Below, piece by piece: positions 56,901 through 63,975 of a stretch of 64,000 nucleotides of DNA. Made by a program: the position numbers and the translations under genes. Within the stretch, counting starts at the first letter, position 1, and every line of letters begins with the position of its first letter. Source of the DNA: an uncultured virus (IMG/VR IMGVR_UViG_3300009605_000001) (Duplodnaviria; Heunggongvirae; Uroviricota; Caudoviricetes); the IMG/VR virus record IMGVR_UViG_3300009605_000001. The stretch is one strand, 5' to 3'. Under the pieces are notes generated by a model. It saw only the letters and a program-made list of their open reading frames with translations. It made no database searches and was not told where the DNA came from.

Positions 56901-58006
56901 TATAACATTCCCCTTAAGCCTTTTGTTTTAGCTAGCCTTTTACCAAGATCTGGGGCAATCTTACTAAAGATAGTTGTGCCTATGTTTTCTGGAAGCCAGT
57001 CAACAATCTTAGCTATCTTTGTTGCATGTGTAGAAAGCTTAGTAATATTAGTAATCCCTTTAGCAATAGTAGCAGCTCCGTGTACTTTTTTAAGTACCCG
57101 ACCCGCAAAGAAGCCAGCCGCTATTGGCGCACCAACTCCAAGTGTTGCTGCTGTAATACCTAAACTAATAACAATAGAGGCAGGCATGTCTGGATCATTT
57201 ATTAGACCGTCTCTAATAAAAGGCCACGCCGTAAGATTCCAAAACTCTTCCATCCCTTCCATCTCTTTTTGGTGGAAGGAGATAGATTGCGCCACTGCCT
57301 TATGATCAATAGCCTCATTAATAAAATACATAAAGGCATCTGAGTTAGTAGCATCTTCTGTTATTTTCTTTAGTCCTTCTCTACCACCAAAATTAAGTTC
57401 AAGATAAGCAAGATGACCGGGGCTAGTATCAGCCATAATATCCAACATCTTATCAGCACTATAGTTTTCTTGTACATACTCAAATAAATCTTCCGGCTGC
57501 TGAAACATTTGGGCAGCAAAACCAGAACCAACATCAACATATCTACCAATATCTTTCCAATCACCACCAAACTTAAGCCAGTTACTTTTGGTTGATAAGA
57601 ATGGCTCAAGAAAGCCTTTAGATGTATCAGATAATCCGGCTTCGCCCTTTGGATCTTCTATTAGTTCTTGACCCCGTAAAATTCTTTTTGCTGTTAGGTT
57701 CGATCTCGCTTGATTATATGTAAAGATACCTCTATGATAATCATCTGCAAACGCCATTGATGTTGCAATATTAGCTGGTAGTGTTCCAAACGCATAACCA
57801 TCCTCATAAGGTATTAGACCCGCACCATACTGTGATTCCCTACCTTGTTCATAAGGATCAAAAGGAAGTTCTTTTGCTAATCCCCATGCCTCATTTAGTC
57901 TCTTACTAAAAGGCGATACCCCTTCTTCATCCACCGCGTACTGTGACATATAAAACTCAGATAGCCGTGGCAGTTTTGTTGGAATATCAAACTCTGATCG
58001 TGGCAT
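41927..58006 (-). CDS. Giant (5359 aa) putative internal virion/ejection protein with RNAP-like, DEDDy exonuclease and zincin-like regions
   Basis: Uninterrupted 16-kb ORF with AAGGAG RBS; long coiled coils; YLDKKFNG, DYY and REFWKPEVMRRLY motifs; DIE / YNGNSFD / YISED motifs; AEEIGH. Confidence 0.8.
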   Translation of the reverse strand: MPRSEFDIPTKLPRLSEFYMSQYAVDEEGVSPFSKRLNEAWGLAKELPFDPYEQGRESQYGAGLIPYEDGYAFGTLPANIATSMAFADDYHRGIFTYNQARSNLTAKRILRGQELIEDPKGEAGLSDTSKGFLEPFLSTKSNWLKFGGDWKDIGRYVDVGSGFAAQMFQQPEDLFEYVQENYSADKMLDIMADTSPGHLAYLELNFGGREGLKKITEDATNSDAFMYFINEAIDHKAVAQSISFHQKEMEGMEEFWNLTAWPFIRDGLINDPDMPASIVISLGITAATLGVGAPIAAGFFAGRVLKKVHGAATIAKGITNITKLSTHATKIAKIVDWLPENIGTTIFSKIAPDLGKRLAKTKGLRGMLYSSPLNAGEGFVEGALAEGINQTLKIKRGFIDEYDLGGIWAEAKMEAVFSVVANPILGTAMKYTVNAPLSAAGGIIGQGIMSLPLGARLRSSITEAWKAAARGSDNPILAAIEHYELGDSVVDSLNSIRQEGGDIDLNDLMDGPLGFVLDPWQIRDGVNTYDDVTSILSLLEEIKNDLDGEKISDDVLLDEIANRLIQRLGGPEAQTLAKQLGERTAIAKTRLRVARYVRKLNEENGTNFTPEEWLNQTDEISDEDLWEIYVDDNVESMVRVRMDKEGLNFDTATAAEKLKVVHDIEVEVEEKFREKEEKLKLSLEANTTELERLKQKAEDVDSLIQAKEEEEDSVLVDIAIKKRGDVTLTKEEEKIYNEHKEAVDRIIKKQIKESPQLAPKKPSTLRRKVSLMRAARKRAKRLKEAGVAQAEREKAMAGIQDKVERKGKIQAQITGIVESFAGEIFRMGFYWKHSKTGKISHKRKKGMEKVEIDREKVTTVEELFELEDFASKKETVRQLTVAIKKIDAEIKEVTDKVPETDWEISDRIAKKIIADKKLTEEEEAWRKKDLEGEGLVNARIDSLRAQEGEQQSAVVQTTKEKEEAESLKAALEEEREGTTDPKIRNKLDELIAEMDELISEFDESIAAWQDVESDSEALRDVKKEIGELTEKVKEIRDAIDTKYVGEKGKRISKLSLVVGTLSKTFVDTIAAEAEAGKHPKWRQKGEMDKNDVSPEEWADLEEAVQTWETIKSNEKNKASLLEGIKSGRVKLDDLRALALGLIGMQNEIFTKVIQPSDEYRQLEKLEEDMKRLDRKREKISLRYKLDMARKYGFASYQLKTIRAVLDYRNKELKTLTIRRHVLTKKLETTETISAEDLLGAFLPESATKDRVKKEIDERADSDEDPIVYSKEEALAIFEEAAKERETYIKSIKRNYFKDVNWSRVSNRPITASQWGINQATEAPAIDRTNTEAANKTAINKESIDRGIVPEEYAFTLAEELMALQEFHSQLISVLEGPWGRALDPEVGLVPIFVVDSCLPDGIYDAVFREVIVNAEGEEFPSNRTMEDLSLEYDTLFVRLDKLIALVTRRIMRANGDLKAISKESLTDLVRRIRGRRLVAKEGDAKVQKVLQRIEEKGEKWRIHEANSWVAEIRTALQDGRINELEARQIIHKLFKAFESEEGQLGLFRYISGINNRLEAEGKTLVSPDLTDWGFVQDVRALTLAGEGGFPKNLLKSLLHDFKGDEGLVTFIKKRDTAHQAVIAKNAETRATEEDVMVYDRDPKSKIGLYTAIAFTDRLMKASRAVDDDLFNQYGFLIDLTDNLSPDLDQTITFDLDDPESRAEAEMKYLEEVRKGIVEQLEVLFMQSQRQKKDIYAYFKIPEDLKDLDRIASIILDRLAEGDNEHTLITRDEIISMGDGTRGWQPARRLGWELVDFALVTRLKTKEIVTKRRKSPEYRSERKEENRFDEPQEGETVRTHPMLRGHMTSFAPERPEAVALVIEDAIVRKRLEFIFTEEIDENDIIEYNAYLEDKDGAVPGRPVSRSLQPDARLLPPIINVRLNDRITTREELKNILSEVLLDTANIAYAFLHDARWAAGPGLVYTSEGDAAFKMIHPELTTGLPTIVPMSGISSILALESMNMHLEGLANDVIQQATEAEQAYAKEHYKEFGPKYWENPEFYKRILSPKTYLDKKFNGLFVTKILSLGSEAAITAMGELRNKMNMSIEAEDYYIRAGLGFAETVRRKALAHPEYGELLSPMVTFYDQLATLGIDDHTKYTDYVSNEGSDPDMVRKMKLMREFWKPEVMRRLYTMGWKGWVELQTDPMFVGILTRLRQEFGFNFKDQSEGISHVMALFGHSIFDHIAGENAAVIDVALGIEGLREEARKILSMHENMTDRHITDWISTVKSMRNKEIKKTDQNNPAMKRDYLRRQLDLNIAMLAKREMMIGPDGERVQMTVEAFKEKYKNSRLMKADAIIRKADARAKSGEGGKLTLAEREEVGQLLQPKGMHWKHNQLFRALNTVNSTGFRVAVDVLKAQAATNHQRFNEEDLLGIQNFILYQIFLPGLESYRTYSASSNMNRHHHNTMFARIQTNQDAFKSFVAEEIRDEDWDNPAKIGRKIMEWSENPYEYVNGKQVFVDVEGESPLGQWRMEDNPHQKIPVRDKNGKVRLDKYGNPIMRMVDFDNDAEVAEWHKRMDHTIAVLMMRNEMLLRVTEPEKPPLSKYKAEDNMDELEAEVLSQWWEHSQEAAIDHTNAQRLQQDSVRNADGSRNQASIDYFSKGIGLLVPVAGHPMTFRGSAEHTMTELRHDTEDMVFESTDKPRGYMSWAPETRRMPYHNKGNLYLQNKAYHAAEREMMSPIEEVSAMLDQPLENPDHLIPVTSRGFEKPWNRETLPMGPDVKSDYLDYLMGLDANAPEMVANVVEMKMSKWAIERGFEAEMLDPEMVPYLYLVYRFDQKLEHEMDQIISAVRYGDKGLTNEEKLLQARNTYLEGFHALFQLSRDIRYKEMSSLLMETKGHEIGILNPDLADRTLYDILTSPYSENNPFSVLSGPTLIHKALKKSLVPTEHFIIEEGVNPGETIKLEETAIHPLLVQSVDELEFLVGVLWDGYISEAIETYIGIVKEPALKKQLRVIANQRDIQSFNAIPPDHREAIINVAREKAVLANDPVFSFDFIVESVEGRNDLVKLIQQQPTKDERTDKMILRNPMGGPFTMLMRVPRTVIGTNMKLGITPMGALLMLSSHKNYPFIERIETAMRTNKPTGRYRSNAEGKPELVRSDAEEMADYFGYSETEKMNRERVLSEAMEIIVDRVESGHTVAHMLVDGSRSSGNIKPRVVDWINYYRPDAGLRPNALPFFIESLISPITTAMKRLSSLGLLEMNIMARAAPERTMWSQHNPTKAVEILTSLGLDEAEAANIIEIQSNPNWIYDTDNVISIDIETTMDLEQRIVGIGGVERTLEAAGRVGFKKGKHFSPTRSVSGSEARALLKMLKQHLLAGGKVVTYNGNSFDLRKLGILANDLNTAQIVAELSIDLMQNNMLADSKFLGGDITQSLNWTLNSLLKGLKLGEKSEEGMFAAALKKRGTRVNGEPVVVTEKDLSLAFERAGSPIQADAIRRKIAEINERSPEASMDLYTKYISEDAEFNEKILKELVRRTTPVDIEAASEGPFRGTVKGKAKTTFKTIVPTWNIEMEHSSPHSQANSRGLSLIHDLTGVRESYMDVYTDGVDLEHRTIQELLVTTLQLTDGNIKNPATIRAIILGLMLRQPDIEMGEVRVFFPLMSRETAVEKEKFDADVSSAYLRVKGEFNQLMSILNATDSQQFNDFYWDARSYVDQISEGERTVSGDSDITIDFLAYLQEIYDIEDMSTEMHSSAEAALASVLDTHVFDRDPDLFNELHLKSRDLRNHDNFSSAVPELGKLSLKIKEAVDGGRLSEAQARMIRAILGKWFKYAPDMVLEVNFEFLDSEWVDNSGKQRRGSAEKSGGRYTIRIGNQLVGRRDALSVAYLVAEEIGHIGRMMFIENDSYHYREWRTLFLRERSKQGGGTLKKLVMAFHNGQWNKAAQDEYARIMNDTTGEEFIAALTGYHLVHDSLELLRQVEANTPLTSEEAGFFAKTQTIIDKIFAFIGKILDRVSSVFSDFKSTEPAEYERAINLIRRTLGQDATKTSRNTIADVGNPDMGPLYMSTEGTQQQSTVENTENELLATLQSLDEVKRRMGELEDAIHHNFYTPEAPESESGKFEKEWEELSKERGQLENRRDTLGGNKITPLGITTGEFLIGRENLKNQYSVRSGDFSVETYGPDLLDVKRIFVEGTPHDQQILATQILMDMTKMMRGNDGRFMAEATKAIQQLPYFNRPGGIGSKVKQFMTMLATGSTESGATWNSPFTLLVMLSTMIDNSMSTMAGHWGNMDGIPHVLGSVQQIDQISTEIRNSMERVYDDIIGPIESTVRFRTQVLGNTAGNEKTRDTFAKEVWTKLVKQMAGEAYEYTDALLVNSTELRKEADNIVTNYAALLGIVNHMGVEVGVMDRAFDEAIPFMFANAKVQDQPVYNNFREEMGKVIGDRIVTESQNIDLKTRRMCPYTLYAMGELPHLADPEVGLKELAELETKNPQLWKEIMAMAELMRQRQSERSTSYDSTLTRLASIKTNEEYRSLLTNKTSTIEQHNTYVNYVIPAIAQIMRYMRYKKNKFSADYLGFNSENTRITAGWWSKYRAEAKKPNQARLDILRGQSIDSRLATLGVVEGKSARQQSPTISSPVSVHVANIMNGAGRKIYFSNDWAIPPVHEVMNNPAIADMLVWGPETISDGIMKHLGQRIAEQSMYMDKYGIKATTGDVLGIFRNVLGMGNLFNSDGSRISAKDSDILTKAMGVLEIKYNTILGKQESNRDSADETLNFITRYAPDVVRIVFGTNLTMATLVVENTMNMIDQLLGRGSMGGFIKAAVAPLMGLDPNIRKNVARDMAEIIRIFNQGRIPDYARPDIDVRSEWYQRLPQWLGERNMHLAGILHQMIATSRATIFRGWLQQATVGGDGSKLKEFLRLHKQVDPKEWDTVDGRKIISKLMSRVGLPGTDAANIMYLMNEGVLTNDNVDILAKMVNSPKGDEYYSLGGLLTNLNKGEAWEGGPQWATTDPEYKQYLDIISGLRRAEKRYIHEILVDPNPFDTATGNSSWDLIFETFRRYPVLFASQQVGRRNQRFSLRRNALHWVSYAMVDSLYMSLLLVAAGYPLEDIIEGWEEDPVKQSLFMMARLPHFGRYIGLLMETVVGIYANTHREAFGFVPVGAMNSFLYNVKKLIDGWTDDEKDTDWASMVMLMRTLPVIGDALTRIIFFSAMGEEWQRQNNSMSRGAKSSNKKWATYGSFSETSNLPQYAADLREILRELGWEPKFENLPPAIQQQLLQGYNPSGATGTPKMQYPNPAATPAPAPKTTAPSVPSQAPAAPTPRPMRRDIVGAIRETRPERAPESLVGAPVGSPEWEDRERKAQQRRYDRDAGIID

Positions 58007-58044
58007 TTAGTTCTCCTTAAAGAATAAGTAGGTTAGTAGAAGGA

Positions 58045-61000
58045 TCATTGGTGTCTATTGCGTATTGTCTCCTGAATATCAGGCAATACCTCCCCGAGTT
58101 TTTCGCCAATTTTTTCGCCAATTTTTCCAGCAGCTGTTTCGGGTATGGCCTCTTTTAGAATGTCGACAAAGACTTTCATATGTGGGGGTAAGACTGCATA
58201 AGCAGCCTCCCAAGTAGCTGGATCATTCCTAATTGGTTGCAGGGTTTCAATCAGATTATTCCACCAATGAGGATACTCCCCATTATTATAGTATCTGTAT
58301 TGTTCAACGCTATCCTTTATGTTTGTTTTCATCTCTTCTATTAATGCGTCTCTCTCCGTCTTATCTCCTGTTGCACCAGCAATAGTACTCAATGCTTGAT
58401 TAATAATCATGTTTGTACGGCCTACCGGTCCATGTTTGGGTGCTCCTGCAGCGACATCTATAGCAAACCCAACAAGCATAAGAATTTTTCTTACTTTTCC
58501 ACCTGTAACTTTATCAAGATTTTCCTCCAAACCCTCCAGATCAAGACCACCTTCGTCGATGATCCCCCAATCCTCTAAGAGCTGTACTGTGTTTGCTAGA
58601 GCCAGAGTATTCATAAATACACCCTCAGCAATAGCCCCACCTAACGTGCTGTTTAGTTGATCATCTGCAAGAAGTTGATCTACCCTTTCTTGCTGTGCTA
58701 CTCTTCGATCTATCATATCATTACTCAACTCCCAACCAAGACCCCGTATAATTCTTTCTCTGCCCCCAATACCTTGTACAACAATATCAAATTTTGGATT
58801 AGCTCCCCGTTTTCCTCTTCTTCCAGCAGGATCTGGGGCTCTTACTTCTGTAATAAGCCTAGAGCTAGTTCTTATCATTAATCTACCATAATCGTCTGTT
58901 CCATACCCGGATTGAAACAGCCCCATCTCTTCAGCGTAAGCTTCTATCTTTTCCCCGCCCACTCTATCATCTAGTATAAACTTACGCATAGCACCTATGG
59001 ACCAGTCTAGCATAGTTCTAGCTGTCCACTTATTGTCTTGACTTCCCCACGATGCTCTTTCTTGTTCCCACATAGGTTCCAGTATTTCTTCTTTAAATAC
59101 TTCAAAACCTTTAGGATCATCGGGATCCATCCCAATAGCGGGCAAATACACGCCAAAAGTATTTACCATGTTTTGCCACGTTATCAGGTTTATATGCTCT
59201 TCTGCTCCCTCTACTAAAGATAGGTTCTCTCTAGTTCGTTCTCTTGCAGGAATCCATACAACATGAGATGAATTATCTCCTGTTACATAGTGAGATACGG
59301 TTCTAGCATCTTTTTCATCCTTATCTAAAGAAGGCAGAATTTTATGAATACCGATTCCCTTACCCGGCATAAAACCCATTTCAATAGTCTGACCGTTATC
59401 GTCTCTTCTTACAGGCACCATGGTAACTTCCAGTAGTCCTAACGAACCCTCAATTTGGTTAATTATTTGGGACATACGTAATTTAGTACCAGAGGTACTA
59501 CGAATACTGTGTGAAAGTATCATAGATTCCATCATATCTCTGGTTGTCGGATTATTCGTGTACATGTTAAAAATAGAAAGAACTTTGCCTCGGGATGTTG
59601 GGTGCTCTACGCCAAGAAGAATTTCTTTTGAGTTTTCACTTAACGCGTCATACTCAGTCTTCCACTGTTTCCCGTCATCGTCTCCATGATATATTATACG
59701 CAGATCCTCTAAATCATTCTGCGCTCTTGGTTTTAAGTTCCACGACTGATCTCCGGGCATCCATGACCAGTCCCTTGTTGCTAGTGGTCCAGTTAGTCTA
59801 TTTAAAGAATGTTTCATAGCCTGATACGAGGTTTCTGTTGTTCCTTGAATCACCTCTGGGCTTACTAAATACATTAGTGTATTTATCTGATGAAGATTGT
59901 GATCACTCATACTATCGAATAAAAGTTTCATAGCATACTCAGGACTAACGGAAACAGTTTTACCATCCTGAGAGATTTCCATTGTCTCCAGTTCTGGTGT
60001 CATAGTATATCGTACAGCTTCATCTAAAAACTCCCACATAGACTTTCCCATCGCAGCAGAAGAGTCGTTCAAAGCAACACCAAGGTTTGCAGATACACCC
60101 CTAAGATATTCTGCAAAGAATGAGTCATCGCCCAAACCCTCAAATATTCTATTAATTAGATTCAGACCATCGCCTCTAGTAGCTCCCGCTATTCTTCTTA
60201 GGTCTCCTAATACAGCTAAAGACACCAGCATTTTAGAAGCAGCTTCTGGGTTCGTTAGAAGCTCTTCTGTATCCATTAATGCTCCTGTTCCATATTCAGA
60301 TTTTAAAAGCTGCATAGACTCTATCATAGCGTCTCCATATGCTCTATAAAATGAAGGAGTCTCTTTATATTTGTGTATGGAGTTGTCATGCATAATCCAA
60401 GCTCCAATACCGTACATCCTTAGGGGATCCATATCCACACGTTGTCCGTCCTCTCCTACATCAAAGAACTTAATACCTAAGTCTCCATTTTCCATAATAT
60501 CTTCTATATGAAGGATATTAATATCTACATCCTCAGGTAGTCCCATGCCTGCACGCAGCATAGCATTAGCATCAGCATTTATTTGCTTAACTGCAGCTAT
60601 AATACTTTCCTGAACCTGTGGAGCTAAAGCATTCCAGCCGTTATCTTTAATAAATCTACTAAGATGAGCACCATCATCACTACTGGCAGGGTCTATAAGG
60701 TACGACTCCATAGTACTGCCCCATGAAACTTTAGTACTCCGCGCTGCTTCTGACATAGATTGCTTATCTCTTACATTATCCCATATCCTATCGGTTTCTT
60801 CACTAACCTTAAACGCCTTAAAACTATCACTGTAGGTTCGCAGGATAAGCATATTTGTATCATGAGAGAACTCACCCTGACTTGCTCGTAGTACATAGTT
60901 TTCAATAGCCGTATTCCACTCACTTATAGGAGTATCAAGATCTCTTACATTTGGTATATCCTTTAGGTTTATAATTTCGCTAAATATTCTAGCAGTATTC

Positions 61001-62337
61001 CAAATCCTCCTTTCATCTAAGGTTCTAGGCCTATTGATCCTTTGTTTCTCTGCTAACAATTCTAGCATCTCTTCGTTGTTTAAACTATACTCTACTAATG
61101 ATGCATCCATATCCATGAGAATACTATCATAATACGCAGTCATTGGATCATCTGGATCCATCTTATCAATAGCCAACGCTAACGCTTGTCGTTTTATTTT
61201 CCAAGTGTTTGCTTCCATATCCTGTATACCTAAGTCTAAGAACATATCTATAATATGTTTAGCTTCTGTTGTTTTAGCTGGTGTCTCTTCCCTTCGTCTT
61301 ACTTGATTATCTAGCATAGCTTGCGCATTATCACCAATATCTTTAGTTAAGAATATTGGCTCAGTTAGATCTGGCTTTTGGAACGTTATATATGATGCAA
61401 TAGCATCTTTAAGTTTCCCTATATTGCCAAGTAACTCTTCAGACTCTATGAGGCTAGTACGCTCTTCTTCACTCATAGCCTGAATCCGCTCACCTAAAAA
61501 TCCATCTTCTCCAAAGAAGTCTCCAACCTCCGTTAGATTATTTACTTGAAACTGGACAAACTCATCCCACTCTTCTTCCCCCCATATTTGTGCAAAGTAA
61601 TCTGTAAGCGGGGAATATTCACCCTCTACAAATAATTCTTCTACCAACAACCAAGTGTCACACTCTTCTACAATCTGAAGATCAAAATCATGATCTTGCT
61701 CAACCATACGGACTTCATTATTAGCTTTTTGGTGTTCTTGTCTTCTGATTTGACTAGACATATTATCTACCCACTTAACAACAGTCTCTTCATCAATCGG
61801 TCCAGTTCCTCTCATTAAAGCTTCTGCGGGGCCGAGAGGTATGGTTTTACCTGTTTCATCAAACTGGTGAGGCCCTGCGATCCCCAGCTTGTGCAGTCCA
61901 TAAGGATCTCTAACATTAGGAGCAACGCCACCAGTGTCCTGATAAAAAATATCTAGACCGGTTTCAACAAAAACTTCTCTTCTTAACCTTTCCTCTTCGG
62001 GCTTCAGATGACCCGTCCATCCATACGCACTGGGCCGCTGATGTTCCCACTCCCCACTCTCCAAAAGCCTTGCTCCAGTGTCCGTACTTCCTCTTGTATA
62101 ACGCCAATTTTGTCTCGTAGAAGAAAGAGTTTCAGTAGGTACTGTTAACATCTCATCTAATTTTTGCTGTCCTTTAGCTTCTCTAAGTCTTGTATTCCAC
62201 GGAGGCTCGGGAGACCTCATCATCAGACTCCTTCGCGACATAGGTGTTGATTGCTCTAGATTATTTTTTCTGTTATTCCCTAGCATATTATCTATGAGTG
62301 TGTCATATTTCTTATCATTAATTGGTAAACTAGGCAT
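58045..62337 (-). CDS. Large putative internal virion protein (gp15-like position)
   Basis: 1430-aa helical acidic ORF immediately upstream of the giant gene; function inferred from position only. Confidence 0.6.
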   Translation of the reverse strand: MPSLPINDKKYDTLIDNMLGNNRKNNLEQSTPMSRRSLMMRSPEPPWNTRLREAKGQQKLDEMLTVPTETLSSTRQNWRYTRGSTDTGARLLESGEWEHQRPSAYGWTGHLKPEEERLRREVFVETGLDIFYQDTGGVAPNVRDPYGLHKLGIAGPHQFDETGKTIPLGPAEALMRGTGPIDEETVVKWVDNMSSQIRRQEHQKANNEVRMVEQDHDFDLQIVEECDTWLLVEELFVEGEYSPLTDYFAQIWGEEEWDEFVQFQVNNLTEVGDFFGEDGFLGERIQAMSEEERTSLIESEELLGNIGKLKDAIASYITFQKPDLTEPIFLTKDIGDNAQAMLDNQVRRREETPAKTTEAKHIIDMFLDLGIQDMEANTWKIKRQALALAIDKMDPDDPMTAYYDSILMDMDASLVEYSLNNEEMLELLAEKQRINRPRTLDERRIWNTARIFSEIINLKDIPNVRDLDTPISEWNTAIENYVLRASQGEFSHDTNMLILRTYSDSFKAFKVSEETDRIWDNVRDKQSMSEAARSTKVSWGSTMESYLIDPASSDDGAHLSRFIKDNGWNALAPQVQESIIAAVKQINADANAMLRAGMGLPEDVDINILHIEDIMENGDLGIKFFDVGEDGQRVDMDPLRMYGIGAWIMHDNSIHKYKETPSFYRAYGDAMIESMQLLKSEYGTGALMDTEELLTNPEAASKMLVSLAVLGDLRRIAGATRGDGLNLINRIFEGLGDDSFFAEYLRGVSANLGVALNDSSAAMGKSMWEFLDEAVRYTMTPELETMEISQDGKTVSVSPEYAMKLLFDSMSDHNLHQINTLMYLVSPEVIQGTTETSYQAMKHSLNRLTGPLATRDWSWMPGDQSWNLKPRAQNDLEDLRIIYHGDDDGKQWKTEYDALSENSKEILLGVEHPTSRGKVLSIFNMYTNNPTTRDMMESMILSHSIRSTSGTKLRMSQIINQIEGSLGLLEVTMVPVRRDDNGQTIEMGFMPGKGIGIHKILPSLDKDEKDARTVSHYVTGDNSSHVVWIPARERTRENLSLVEGAEEHINLITWQNMVNTFGVYLPAIGMDPDDPKGFEVFKEEILEPMWEQERASWGSQDNKWTARTMLDWSIGAMRKFILDDRVGGEKIEAYAEEMGLFQSGYGTDDYGRLMIRTSSRLITEVRAPDPAGRRGKRGANPKFDIVVQGIGGRERIIRGLGWELSNDMIDRRVAQQERVDQLLADDQLNSTLGGAIAEGVFMNTLALANTVQLLEDWGIIDEGGLDLEGLEENLDKVTGGKVRKILMLVGFAIDVAAGAPKHGPVGRTNMIINQALSTIAGATGDKTERDALIEEMKTNIKDSVEQYRYYNNGEYPHWWNNLIETLQPIRNDPATWEAAYAVLPPHMKVFVDILKEAIPETAAGKIGEKIGEKLGEVLPDIQETIRNRHQ

Positions 62338-63326
62338 CAGCTACCTCCCTTCAGCTTACGTAGGCGTGCAAAAAGTAATTCCTTTTGTTCCTTGAGTCGT
62401 TTCTCTGCCAAGCTACCCTCAAGAACAACCTTCTGATATTGAGAAAGATCTTCAAGTCTAGCTATAGCTTGATCTCTATCCAGCTTACTAATTTCTTCAT
62501 TTGTTATCCATTTATATTTTCGCTTAGGATCTTCATAAATGTTTTCTATACCAACTACCCCAAAACCAGTACGTTTTTCTACGGGAAGGATACGTTCTGT
62601 ATTAAGAATCTCAGTTAATTCTTCTTCATATGCATCTCGTTCCGCTTTTTGTGCAGCTATATCAGGGGCCGAAAGATCTACTTGTTTTATAATCTCATCA
62701 ACGCTTCTCATCAAACCGATTCTCTCCTGCTCTTTCTGAGCTAAAGACTCTTGTAGAGCTATACTTTGTCTCTTATTAAAAGCATCTCTACGAGCCTGTA
62801 TCTTAGCATCCTCATCAGCTTCCTTAGCGTCTTCCTCATACAGTTGCCGTTTTGCTTCTCTGTCCTCATCTTCCCCTCTAGCTACCCCTATTGCGGCTAT
62901 TAAATCTAATTGCTCTTGAGCTAAGTCCTTTGCTTCTTGCATATTATTTGTATGCCCAACGAAATCTCCTGCTATAGCTTCCTTTCCCTCCGCAACAGTC
63001 ATGATTCTGCCATTGATTCTAGCATCATTCTCCCCAAGAGTATGGCTATACTCCTGTGCTTCTACCCCTGCGTCATTGCCCGCCGCCACTCTATCCTTTT
63101 TGTTTTGTTCATCGTTTTTTCTCCAGTAATCAAAAAGCTTAGTAGCCTGACTTAGGAAAGCAGCTCCGTTTTGCCATGCTTCCATCATTTTCGTATGATA
63201 GAATATAGCAGCTCCGTTAGCGTTTTGTGTACGCTGTACCTGACTAACTGGAGTCAGTCCCATTACCTTTAAGGATCTATCTACTTCCGGAGTACCCGGA
63301 GGATTAATCTGCATAACACTAGACAT
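62337..63326 (-). CDS. Coiled-coil putative internal virion protein
   Basis: 329 aa, helical, translationally coupled to its neighbours. Confidence 0.55.
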   Translation of the reverse strand: MSSVMQINPPGTPEVDRSLKVMGLTPVSQVQRTQNANGAAIFYHTKMMEAWQNGAAFLSQATKLFDYWRKNDEQNKKDRVAAGNDAGVEAQEYSHTLGENDARINGRIMTVAEGKEAIAGDFVGHTNNMQEAKDLAQEQLDLIAAIGVARGEDEDREAKRQLYEEDAKEADEDAKIQARRDAFNKRQSIALQESLAQKEQERIGLMRSVDEIIKQVDLSAPDIAAQKAERDAYEEELTEILNTERILPVEKRTGFGVVGIENIYEDPKRKYKWITNEEISKLDRDQAIARLEDLSQYQKVVLEGSLAEKRLKEQKELLFARLRKLKGGS

Positions 63327-63975
63327 TTTTTACCCCCCTTTTTTCTGAGGTTTGAAGTAGACCTTCCCATTTTTTAATAAAGTCAAATATAAGATCGTGT
63401 TCATTAGTATATATGTTTTGATCAATAGCTTTAGTTACAACCTTTTCAAGTCCTTGATTAACGGCTGCTACTGGATCAAACTGTAACTGGGCATAGTCTA
63501 AGATAATATTATTATGGTGCTCAGTAAAGTTATTACCTAGTGTATCTAGCTTATCAAACAACACTCTTTTGTTTTCCCTATCTAATAATTGATACTCTTG
63601 TTCAGCTTCTTTGTATTTAGGAGCTAGCATCTTATCAATCATATTATAGTTATCAGAGTATAGTATGTATTCTTCTTGGGGATCTATAGGATTATAGTCT
63701 TCTTGTACAAGAGAATATATAGGAACCAGAGCACCTTGAACAGATACAGCAATCCTACCTGCCTCATCCGTATGTATCTCATCTGGAGTATATCCATACT
63801 GTATCGCAGAGTATAAGTCTTCAGAGTGTATCCTTCGGCCTACAGCATGAGATAGTTTAAAATCATCTCTTGTAGTAATGTGATTAACTGCGTCTTCTGT
63901 ATTTAGTTTATTATTAATTCTACTAAGCTCTAAAGCCCTACCTTCTCCCATTATACGACTACGCTCAATATCCAT
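63319..63975 (-). CDS. Hypothetical protein
   Basis: 218-aa ORF overlapping the downstream gene by 8 nt. Confidence 0.6.
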   Translation of the reverse strand: MDIERSRIMGEGRALELSRINNKLNTEDAVNHITTRDDFKLSHAVGRRIHSEDLYSAIQYGYTPDEIHTDEAGRIAVSVQGALVPIYSLVQEDYNPIDPQEEYILYSDNYNMIDKMLAPKYKEAEQEYQLLDRENKRVLFDKLDTLGNNFTEHHNNIILDYAQLQFDPVAAVNQGLEKVVTKAIDQNIYTNEHDLIFDFIKKWEGLLQTSEKRGVKNV

